Shown: piece by piece, positions 48,380-59,924 of the stretch | Position numbering within the stretch: position 1 is the stretch's first letter | Layout: each line of letters opens with the position of its first letter | Source: Mytilus californianus | Taxonomy: Eukaryota | Direction of reading: 5' to 3' | Assembly: GCF_021869535.1 (NCBI RefSeq) | Contig: NW_026262581.1 | Coordinates: forward strand, 114,762,001-114,826,000 | Length of the DNA: 64,000 nucleotides | Notes under the pieces: generated by a model | What the model was told of the DNA's origin: nothing | What the model saw: only the letters and a program-made list of their open reading frames with translations | Database searches by the model: none | Position numbers and translations under genes: made by a program

Positions 48380-51043
48380 TAGCTCACCGGGGCTCGAAGG
48401 GCCCCATGTGAGCTTATGCCATCACTTGGCGTCCGTCGTCGTCCGTCGTCGTCCGTCGTCTGTCGTCGTAAACTATTTAAAAAATCTTCTCCTCTGAAAC
48501 TACTGGGCCAATTACCTTCAAACTTTAACTAAATGTTCCTTAGGGTATCTAGTTTATAAATTGTATCCGAAGTTTTGATCCATCGACAAACATGGCCGCC
48601 ATGGCTAAAAATAGAACATAGGGGTCAAATGCAGTTTTTGGCTTATATCTCAAAAACTAAAGCTTTTAGAGCAAATCTGACACTGAGTAAAATTGTTCAA
48701 TTGGTCAAGATCTATCAGCTCTGACATTTTCAGACGAGTCGAACAACCCATTGTTGGGTTGCTGCCATCAAATTGGTAGTTTTAACAAAATTTTGCAGTT
48801 TTTTGTTATTATTTTGAATATTATTATAGATATATATAAACTGTAAGCAGAAATAATGTTCAGCAAAGTAAGATCTACAAAAAAGTTAATATGACCAAAA
48901 TTGTCAATTGACCCCTTAAGGAGTTATTGCCCTGTAAAGACAATTTAACACAATTTGTTCATCAAGTTTGCTAACATTTAAAAATCTTCTCCTCTGAAAC
49001 TACTGGGCCAATTACCTTCAAACTTTAACTAATTGTTCCTTAGGGTATCTTGTTTATAAATAGTATCCGAAGTTTGTATCCATCGACAAACATGGCCGCC
49101 ATGGCTAAAAATAGAACATAAGGGTCGAATGCAGTTTTTGGCTTATATCTCAAAAACTAAATCTTTTAGAGCAAATGTGACATGGGGGTAAAATTGTTTA
49201 ATTGGTCAAGATCTATCGGCCCTGATATTATCAGAAGAATCGAACAACCCATTGTTGGGTTGCTGCCACCGAATTGGTAGTTTTAACAAAATTTTGCAGT
49301 TTTTTGTTATTGTTTTGAATATTATTATAGATATATATAAACTGTAAGCAGAAATAATGTTCAGCAAAGTAAGATCTACAAAAAAGTTAATATGACCATA
49401 ATTGTCAATTGACCCTTTAAGGAGTTATTGCCCTTTAAAGACAATTTAACACAATTTGTTCATCAAGTTTGCTAACATTTAAAAATCTTCTCCTCTGAAA
49501 CTACTGGGCCAATTACCTTCAAACTTTAACTAATTGTTCCTTAGGGTATCTTGTTTATAAATTGTATCCGAAGTTTGTATCCATCGACAAACATGGCCGC
49601 CATGGCTAAAAATAGAACATAAGGGTCAAATGCAGTTTTTGGCTTATATCTCAAAAACTAAATCTTTTAGAGCAAATGTGACATGGGGGTTAAAATTGTT
49701 TAATTGGTCAAGATCTATCGGCCCTGAAATTATCAGACGAATCGAACAACCCATTGTTGGGTTGCTGCCATCAAATTGGTAGTTTTAACAAAATTTTGCA
49801 GTTTTTTGTTATTATTTTGAATATTATTATAGATATATATAAACTGTAAGCAGCAATAATGTTCAGCAAAGTAAGATCTACAAAAAAGTTAATATGACCA
49901 AAATTGTCAATTGACCCCTTAAGGAGTTATTGCCCTTTAAAGACAATTTAACACAATTTGTTCATCAAGTTTGCTAACATTTAAAAATCTTCTCCTCTGA
50001 AACTACTGGGCCAATTACCTTCAAACTTTAACTAATTGTTCCTTAGGGTATCTTGTTTATAAATAGTATCCGAAGTTTGTATCCATCGACAAACATGGCC
50101 GCCATGGCTAAAAATAGAACATAAGGGTCGAATGCAGTTTTTGGCTTATATCTCAAAAACTAAATCTTTTAGAGCAAATGTGACATGGGGGTAAAATTGT
50201 TTAATTGGTCAAGATCTATCGGCCCTGATATTATCAGAAGAATCGAACAACCCATTGTTGGGTTGCTGCCACCGAATTGGTAGTTTTAACAAAATTTTGC
50301 AGTTTTTTGTTATTGTTTTGAATATTATTATAGATATATATAAACTGTAAGCAGAAATAATGTTCAGCAAAGTAAGATCTACAAAAAAGTTAATATGACC
50401 ATAATTGTCAATTGACCCTTTAAGGAGTTATTGCCCTTTAAAGACAATTTAACACAATTTGTTCATCAAGTTTGCTAACATTTAAAAATCTTCTCCTCTG
50501 AAACTACTGGGCCAATTACCTTCAAACTTTAACTAATTGTTCCTTAGGGTATCTTGTTTATAAATTGTATCCGAAGTTTGTATCCATCGACAAACATGGC
50601 CGCCATGGCTAAAAATAGAACATAAGGGTCAAATGCAGTTTTTGGCTTATATCTCAAAAACTAAATCTTTTAGAGCAAATGTGACATGGGGGTTAAAATT
50701 GTTTAATTGGTCAAGATCTATCGGCCCTGAAATTATCAGACGAATCGAACAACCCATTGTTGGGTTGCTGCCATCAAATTGGTAGTTTTAACAAAATTTT
50801 GCAGTTTTTTGTTATTATTTTGAATATTATTATAGATATATATAAACTGTAAGCAGCAATAATGTTCAGCAAAGTAAGATCTACAAAAAAGTTATTATGA
50901 CCAAAATTATCAATTGACCCCTTAAGGAGTTATTGCCCTTTAAAGACAATTTAACACAATTTGTTCATCAAGTTTGCTAACATTTAAAAATCTTCTCCTC
51001 TGAAATACAGGTGAGCGATTCAGGCTCTTGAGAGCCTCTTGTT
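48380..51043 (-). mobile_element. HINE-like element, copy B, with five ~501-bp core units
   Basis: Unit starts (aaaatcttctcctctgaaac) at about 48481, 48981, 49482, 49984, 50485 and 50987; same termini. Confidence 0.87.
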
Positions 51044-52261
51044 GGGTGACGCTTGTGCTGTGTATTATTTCTTATTCCTGGTTTGTCACACATATTTGGC
51101 AAATTTGCCATTCTAAATGAATGGCAGATATTTTAAACTAAATCCTCAATGTTTTATTTAAGTACATTGCTTCAACATTTTATTCTTCAGAGAAAATTTC
51201 ATATACAATTCATTTAAGGGCCGATTTGGTCCCAAATCGTATACCTTGTCCCTTGTTCGCACTATAGTCAATTTCTTTTGACTTATACGTCAAAACGAAA
51301 TAAATGAAATTTGTTACACAAATAACCTATAGAACTAAGTATAAGTTAGCATCTAAAGATTATGAACAATATAGTTTTTATTGATAAGCAATTTTGACAG
51401 AAATTGAAAAATTGAAATGTTTAGTAAAATTCTGTGTCTTCCAATCTACATCTGAATGATATCTTTGTGTAATGAAACAGCTAGCGTCTTGTACTCTTCT
51501 TATCTGTCTAATATCATCTTTAAACATATCAAACCTGCATGTAAAGCACACCAGATAATTATTATAGGTTTGAAATTTTCACCTGTACAAACATATAGAA
51601 AGTGAGTAGTTTTAGTTGATTTAAAAATCCCCAAAAGAGCAACCATAAAATGTCATAGAAAATCAGGCAACATCATGGTCTGCAGAAAAAAAAACGAAAA
51701 GATAAACACAAAACATTACACTAAAAACTAGTAAAGATTGAGCAATACGAACCTCACTAAAACTTTGGGGTTTATAAAGCCATCGTAGAGCAGCGACTGA
51801 TTAATTCGGGTTTTACAATTCAGAACCCGAACTGAGAGATATTAACTCCATATATAGAGCTTCCGGAATGTTGCAAAGAAATGGAAAGTTCTTATTTGGG
51901 AATCAAAGTCATTGTCATGAAGTGTTTGTACTGAACCGAATCTGTCTCTGTGGACCACTATAGGTGTAAGTTTAGGTACGAGGCAGACCTGGCTGTAGCT
52001 GGGATATTCTTTATTTGAACTTTATTGAGAATTTTGATGAAAAAATCAGCAAACTTTCAAGTAATCGTTTAAATGCTAAAACATATGTATATTTTGATTA
52101 TCAGATAAGGCCTATTTTCATTAATCTTTCTTGAGAAGTCCTTGTATGAAAAATTGCTCTTCTGGGTATCCCATCTAAAGTAAAAAACAAAACAAAAAGC
52201 AATAAAAGAACAGAGTTCCAATGTCTCCCGCGTTGCACATATTTTATCTATATATATATCC

Positions 52262-53397
52262 ATGGTACAAGGGCAATAACTAAAAAAAGCACTTTTTTTT
52301 TGTTCTTTAAAACTTTTTATTAATATCTTAGAGAAGTGAAAGCTTTAGAGCAAATGCATTGTGATTTCCATTATAATTAATATTTCCAAGAGGCATAACT
52401 CGTTAAATATATTTGATCAGAACTTATTTTCGAAAATGTCAAAGACATTGCTGATATAAACCTATGATATAAGTTTCATAAAATTCTGGCAAGAATTGAA
52501 CACATGAGAGCTCTAACTATGCAATTTTGCATATAATCAATATTTCCAAGGGCCATAACTCTTTCAAAAATAATTGATCAACACTGATTTTTTAACTCTT
52601 CAGACATTGATGATATAAACCTATAATATAAATTTCATAAAAATCTGGCAAGAATTGTACACATTAGACGCTCATAAGGCAATTTTCCATATAATTAATA
52701 TTCCCAAGGGGCATAAATCTCTTAAAAGTTATTGATCTGCACTGATTTTCTAAATCGTCAAAGACACTGCTGATATAAACCTATGATTTAAGTTTTATAA
52801 AATTGTGGCAAGAATTGTACACATGAGAGCGCTAACAATGCAATGTTCCATATAATTAATGTTTCTAAGGAGCATTACTCTTTCAAAAATAATTGATCGG
52901 CACGGATTTTCGAACTCGTCCAAGATATTGCTGATATAAACCTAAGATATAAGTTTCATACAAATCTGGCAAGAATTGAACACATGAGAGCGCTAACGAT
53001 GCAGTTTTCCATATAATTGATGTTTTCAAGGGACATAACTCTTTTAAAAAATTGATTGGTACTGGTTTTCAAACTCGTCCAAGACATTGCTAATATAAAC
53101 CTATGATATAAGTTTCATAAAAATCTGGCAAGAATTGTACAAATGAGAACGCTAACGATGCAATGTTCCATATAATTAATGTTTCCAAGGGGCATAACTC
53201 TTTTAAAAATAATTGATCGGCACTGATTTTCGAACTCATCCAAGACATTGCTGATATAAAGCTTTGATATAAGTTTCATAAAAATTTGGCGAGAATTGTA
53301 CAAGTGAGAGCGCTAACAGGACCGGACGGACGGACGGACCGACGGACGCCCGGTATTTCTATGTCCCCCGCAACGCGTTGCGCGGGGGACCATTAAA
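52262..53397 (+). mobile_element. HINE/pearl(CvA)-like element with ~160-bp core repeats
   Basis: About 6 units (caagacattgctgatataaac at about 52441, 52601, 52761, 52921, 53081, 53242), (GGAC)n tract at 53320-53348, terminal hairpin gtcccccgc..gcgggggac at 53363-53390. 5' end approximate. Confidence 0.8.
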
Positions 53398-53499
53398 CAC
53401 ATGTCATTTCTATTAGGATATAAACGGAGTTTCGTTCTAGGTTCCCATGCTAATGAAGACAGAAAGTCCAGAAATCTTTACAAAAAGTCAGCGTCGGAA

Positions 53500-53610
53500 A
53501 AAAATAAATATAAGGAATAGTGGCAACAGAAAAATAAATCGAAGGAATAGTCGCAACAGAAAAATAAATCTAAGGAATAGTGGCAACAGGAAAATAAATC
53601 TAAGGAATAT
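53500..53610. repeat. 30-bp tandem repeat, about 3.5 copies
   Basis: Unit aaggaatagtggcaacagaaaaataaatct. Confidence 0.85.
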
Positions 53611-54046
53611 TAAAACGCATAAAAAAGTACATTTTCAAGTCTGAGAAAGTGCGGACAGCGGCCAAATTCTTAATCCGTTTAATATATTCTGTGATTGGAT
53701 ATAATCAAGAAAAATAATATCCACATGTATCTACAATTTTCATGAAGTTAATTGGACACTTAATAAACCGCAGTGTCTTTTACAGGCACATTTATAGTGA
53801 AAGCAAAACATTGTAATAATTAGATTGAATGAACCATGTAAACAAAATATGCATTAACTTTTGTTTATTTATTTACTTTACATAAGATTGTTTTTATGAT
53901 CAATAGAAAATCTATATAAAAAAAATCCCGAAAAACCGACATTAAAGAAAATGATTCCCATGGTAACGAGATGATACCGGTGATACGAGTTTACCAGCTG
54001 AGATAAGACGCTTGTATCTAGTTACTGCAACTGTGTAATCAAATCA

Positions 54047-54079
54047 ATGGCGACTGTGTTGATTCTTGTTTACAACAAG
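54047..54079 (+). promoter_or_regulatory. 3' part of a candidate first exon of the DUF229 gene, with upstream ATG and strong donor
   Basis: caATGGCG..AAG|GTAAGT at 54079/54080. The link to the acceptor at 59908/59909 is inferred. Confidence 0.45.
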
Positions 54080-56475
54080 GTAAGTGTTAATTTCAAATAT
54101 TTAATACCAGGTTTTACTGTTTGTTTCACACATTTGATACAGTGGTTGTTTTGGAACTCTTAAGCAAGCAGATTTTCTTATATTGTTCTACACAAATTTG
54201 TATACCAATATCCCGTCTCTTTAATAGTTTATTTTAAGAGTATAAAATAACGTAACTACAAATTTCTTTTCTTTTTTTTTTTTTACATTTTTCTTGTCAT
54301 CAAGAACATTTGTTTTTAATATTTTGGATCTGATTTTTATTTAAGTCATTTTTTATAATTTTTTTCTATTCCACGTGTACAGACATTAGTCATCCGTAGA
54401 AGACGTGACGTGACGTGACGAAATGCATACTTCAGAAAATGTTTTATAAATGTTACAAAGAATTCGTGTATGCTTGATTTAAGCCGTTTACAGAATGTTC
54501 AAAGTTCGTGCAATGCTTTTAACCGTTGTTCAACTTGATTTGGTAAAATAATCAAAACAATTTTTCTCGTATTTTTGATTGTTACAGTTTAAAGAGTCAG
54601 CAATGTCAAAACCTTATTTTCCGTTCTTTTGTTATCCGATATAATTTATAAAATTTAGTTAAAGATTACAAACCGCCATGTGTTAAACTTACTGCATATA
54701 TGTCATAGAAATAAGAGCGTGCGTTGTGTATTGAATAGAAAGTTTTAGTCATACTTATAAATCACTATCTTTTATCTTTTTACTCTAAAATCAAAATAGA
54801 TAGGAAATTCCTGCTTGTCTAAAATGATAAATCTGACATTACAACTTTACATACCACAAATATACACTTACCAATGCTTGATTCTACTTAAATTGTACTA
54901 ACTCATATTTTAACTTTAAAGTCTTTTTTATAGAATTAGTATCAATTATTCGTGTGATTTTGTTTTATATTCACACAACGTATATAAATATGCATAAATG
55001 TATCGATATAGTTTATATTAGATTTCCAAGAAAATGAAAGTATGTTTTTTTATAATGTAATTTTTGTCTAGTTTATGACAAGATATGGCTTCTAGTCAGA
55101 TGGCTACTTGTCAAAATCGTTTGGTAACCCTTAACTATCACACTGTTACGTTACTGTAAGACGGGGGACATGATACTATTGATTGGAACGCTATTGTTTA
55201 TTTGTTTTTATTTATCATAATTAATCTGGTATCGCTGTTGTGCATATCATCAGTGTTAATTGGGTATGGTTTACTAATAGTCTTAAGTAGACTGTACATT
55301 TATTTTGATTGTATGAAAACGATATTCCCGACTTAATTACTGATAACAAGTTCTCCTTACCATTAATTTTAATTCAGTTTACATTCAACTATGGCAAAAA
55401 ATTTGGCGTAAATTGGTATTTTGTTTAAAAACATAAAATATGCGACATATCATTTGATTTTTACATGTAAAAGAAGCATGAAAGGTACCACAAGTCGAAC
55501 GGAAACGCATTTCAATGTATTGTGTTCCAAGGGCTTCTGAGGACGCACACAGTTTTTGTGGGATTCGTGTTGCTCAATTTTTATTTTCTATGTAGTGTTT
55601 TGACGACTATCCGGTTGGTCTTTTTTACTTTTTGACTTTTGTTATGTGGTTTTACCTTTCTCCTTCATTTTTTTCATCAGGAAATGTCCTTTTCAGCTAT
55701 TGTTTTGATTGCTTAAGACCCCTTTTTCGTGCTAAGTAACCCGTTTGTTCTTTCGTCTGACCGATTGATTATATTTTATGGGTATGATTAGCAAAATATT
55801 ATCATTGTCGTTATTACTAAATATGTTGGAAGGTTAACCAATTGGATCTCATAAACTAATGGACTTTTAATGAAAATGTCAATGATTCTTAAATACTTTA
55901 TGCCATTCGTGCGACTTCTGGTCCGAACTAACTACATTCTATGAGAGGTCCTTGGAGTTCTTTCTTTTTTAATCGATAATAATAACCATTTAATCTCAAT
56001 TTTTCAAAGAGTTTTTAGAGTTAAACAGATTGATTTCGGTTATTTAACGACGGAATTTGACCAAACAGCCAAGAGAAAATAAAGTCTCCAATAGAATTCC
56101 ATACTAACCATGTCAATAAAAGATATATTAAATATGATCAAAATAGTTTTTTTTATATGAATTATAATTCTAATCATTTTTTTTATTATTTGTTATCATT
56201 TTTTGCATTACTTTCTTATCTTATTCTTTCTTATTTTATGATGAATAGTTATGTCCTTTTTCTAAACCGAGAACTTCCGAATCGTATGTGTTTGTCTTAT
56301 ATCTTTAATGTCTTTTTCGATTCGGGGGTACTGAAGTAAGATTTTAGGATTTGAGACTGTCTGTTATTTGCATTCACACCATTTAAAGACTCATCGCGAC
56401 TTAGATTTTAACATGTTGTAAAGACACTGATATATATTGCTGTTCAAGACTATTGTTGAGCTTAATATGTGTGTC

Positions 56476-56730
56476 TTTTTAGTCCCCTACCGACGAAGTT
56501 TGCACTCTGTCCGTCTGTCTATCTGTCTGTCTTTCTGTCTGTCCATCCGTCAGTCCGGCAAATCAGTTTTCCACACTTTTTTTCGTCATGCTTGAAGATA
56601 TTGACTTGATATTTGTTATATAGTTTACACCATGACAAGTTATAGATCAATTGCATTTTGTTCCAGTACAATGAATTTTCAACTGGTAGGGGACTATGTA
56701 TTGCCATGCAATAATCTCAGAATGCTTGTT
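56476..56730 (-). mobile_element. Short HINE-like element (~255 bp)
   Basis: Subterminal IR AGTCCCCTACC (56481) and GGTAGGGGACT (56685), (CTGT)n tract, one core monomer, terminal cttgtt. Confidence 0.7.
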
Positions 56731-56790
56731 GATTCTTGTTTTGTTAATTTCACTGTTGCCTGCATTGACATATACCTATACCCAACATAT

Positions 56791-56876
56791 TTTTATACGA
56801 CCGCAAAAAAATTTTTGTGGTCGTATATTGGTATGACGTTGGCGTCGTCGTCGTCCGGCGTCGTCGTCGTCGTCCG

Positions 56877-56914
<38 letters not shown>

Positions 56915-59224
56915 CGGCGTCGTCCGAAGACACATTGGTTTTCGCACTCTAACTTTAGTTTAAGTGAATGGATCTTTATGAAATTATACCACAAGGTTCA
57001 ATACCACAAAAGGAAGGTTGGGATTGATTTTGGGGGTTATGGTAATAACAGTAAAGGAATTAGGGGCCAAAAAGGGACCAAAAATAAGCATTTTTGTAAC
57101 TTCCAGACATAACTTGTGTGTTAGTGTATGGATCTCTCTGACATTGTACCACAAGGTTCCATATCACTAAAGGAATGCTGGGATTGATTTTGGGGGTAAT
57201 TGCCTCCAAATTTTAGGAATTAGGGGCCAAAAAAGGGGCAAAAAACAAGCATTTTTCTAGTTTCATGACAATAACTTGTGTGTAAGTTTATGGATCTTTC
57301 TGAAATTGTACTACAAGGTTCCATATCACAAAGGGAAAGCTGGGTTTGAGTTTGGGGGTAATTGCCCTAAACGTTTAGGAATTTGGGGCCAAAAAGGGGC
57401 CAAAAAACACATTTTTTTCTAGTTTCCAGACAATAACTTGTGTTCAAGTGTATGGATCTCTCTGAAATTGTACTGCAAGGTACCATACCACAAAGGGAAG
57501 GCTGGGATTGAGTTTGGGGGTAATGAATCATAATGGGGGTTCAAAAAATTTTGGGGGGGGATTTATTTTTTTTTCCTTTTTTTTCTTTTTTTCCTTTTTT
57601 GTTTCTTTTAAAATTTTCCATTTTAAGTTGGTTATTTCTGATTTATATTTAAAATCAAATAATAATGATATGGTAGGAGATACACACCAAACAGGATGTG
57701 TAAATTATTATATAATAAGTATTGTGCAATAGCAAGAAATTTTCAATTGCACAGTATTGCACAATAGCAAGAAATCTTCAATTGCACAGTATTGCGCAAT
57801 AGCAAGAAATCTTCAATTGCACAGTATTGCGCAATAGCAAGAAATATCCAATAGCACAATATTGCGCAATAGCAAGAAATTGTCAATTGTACAGTATTGC
57901 GCAATAGCAAGAAATTGTCAATTGTACAGTATTGCGCAATAGCAAGAAATATTTAATAGCACAGGATTGTGCAAAAGAAGATACTTCCTATAAATTGCTT
58001 ATTTCTTGACCAATTTCAATGGGGTTTTATTCTTGATTTCATGGGGTTCTTTAATATGCTGAATCTAACCGTGTATTTAGTTTTTGGATTTTGGGCCCTG
58101 TTTTTAAATTGCTCCACATTGAGGTCCAAAGGGTCCAAAATTAAACTTTGTTTGATTTCATCAAAAATTGAATTATTGGGGTTCTTTGATATGCCGAATC
58201 TAACTGTGTATTTAGATTCTTAAATTTTGGTTCCGTTTTCAAATTGGTCTACATTAAGGTCCAAAGGGTCCAAAATTAAACTTAGTTTGATTTTAACAAA
58301 AATTGAATTCTTAGGGTTCTTTGATATGCTGAATCTAAACATGTATTTAGATTTTTGATTATGGGCCCAGTTTTCAAGTTGGTCCAAATCGGGGTCCAAA
58401 ATTAAACTTTGTTTGATTTCAACAAAAATTGAATATATGGGGTTCTTTGATATGCTGAATCTAACCATGTATTTAGATTTTTGATTTTTGGGCCCCGTTA
58501 TCAACTTTGTCCACATTGAGGTCAAAAGGGTCCAAAATTAAACTTTGTTTGATTTCATCAAAAATTGAATTATTGGGGTTCTTTGATATGCCGAATCTAA
58601 CCGTGTATTTAGATTCTTAATTTTTGGTTCCGTTTTCAAATTGGTCTACATTAAGGTCCAAAGGGTCCAAAATTAAACTTAGTTTGATTTTAACAAAAAT
58701 TGAATTCTTAGGGTTCTTTGATATGCTGAATCTAAACATGTATTTAGATTTTTGATTATGGGCCCAGTTTTCAAGTTGGTCCAAATCGGGGTCCAAAATT
58801 AAACTTTGTTTGATTTCAACAAAAATTGAATATATGGGGTTTGATATGCTGAATCTAACCATGTATTTAGATTTTTGATTTTTGGGCCCCGTTATCAACT
58901 TTGTCCACATTGAGGTCAAAAGGGTCCAAAATTAAACTTTGTTTGATTTCATCAAAAATTGAATTCTTGGGGTTCTTTGATATGCTGAATCTAACCATGT
59001 ATTTAGATTTTGGATATTGGACCATAATAGGTGAATGTCCAATTTAAAATTTTTAAGTTCTTAGACCACATTCAATCTGTGTTAGAAACCTATGCTGTGT
59101 CAAATATTTAATCACAATCCAAATCCAAAGCTGTATCAAGCTTGAATGTTGTGTCCATACTTCCCCCAACTGTTCAGGGTTCGACCTCTGCGGTCGTATC
59201 AAGCTGCGCCCTGCGGAGCATTTT
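56791..59224. mobile_element. Composite HINE-like element carrying three different tandem arrays
   Basis: ATACGACCGC (56795) with nearby IR gtggtcgtat (56817) and far IR GCGGTCGTAT (59190) plus a short terminal hairpin. (GTC)n at 56843-56926; 160-bp, 35-bp and ~135-bp arrays inside. Confidence 0.8.
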
Positions 59225-59534
59225 ATTTTTCTTAAAATCTTAAATATCATTAATTTCAAATGGAGTTTATACAGTGTAACAAATAGTTCTGAAGAGATTG
59301 AATCTTAACTGTGAAAAAAAACTAATCAAAACAAATATTTTATCAGCGTTTGAAAAAGAGAGTAAGACAAGGAGGGCAAACAAGAAAGATATATCAAATA
59401 TTACATTTACAGTTAAAAAAAAGGGTTTTGATGGTTCAGAGTGAGGGTGTTGGTGGGGGTAGGTGTGGGGTGGGGTCTTTTAGTTTATATGCTCCTGATC
59501 TGAAGATGTTTTAGATCAAATTCGTTTCTAATCA

Positions 59535-59602
59535 CTAGAGGGGTTTTTAACGACCTTTACTACATGTGTACCCAAGGTCGTTAAAACCCCCTAGTAGTAG
59601 TA
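59535..59602. mobile_element. 68-bp miniature foldback element
   Basis: ctagaggggtttttaacgacctt pairs with aaggtcgttaaaaccccctag; flanked by GTTTCTAATCA (59524-59534) and GTTTCTGATCA (59603-59613). Confidence 0.62.
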
Positions 59603-59924
59603 GTTTCTGATCAGTTAGAAGAGGTTTCTTTAATACTGCTTGGCGACCATCTTCAACTCCATTCTGGTTCTTTGAGAGTAATGATTATAATCATTCATGC
59701 TAAGTTTAATCTATATACATATATTGACGATTACATCAAAAGCTTTTTACGCTGTTTAATACATTCAAACAAACTTTGCCTTCATAGAAATGTCATATTG
59801 CACGAAGAAAATTGTAATTGTATAAATTGAAAAAAAACACGTAACATATTTGTACTAACGGAATGCCGTCAATTAAAGATAAAGATACCATTCGTTGTTT
59901 TATTTTAGATTGCTTAAGCAGACG

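Noticed and set aside
59895-59924. Listed DUF229 start (MFYFRLLKQT)
   Set aside because: Starts at a TTG within the intronic polypyrimidine tract; ATG 59925 after the acceptor is preferred.
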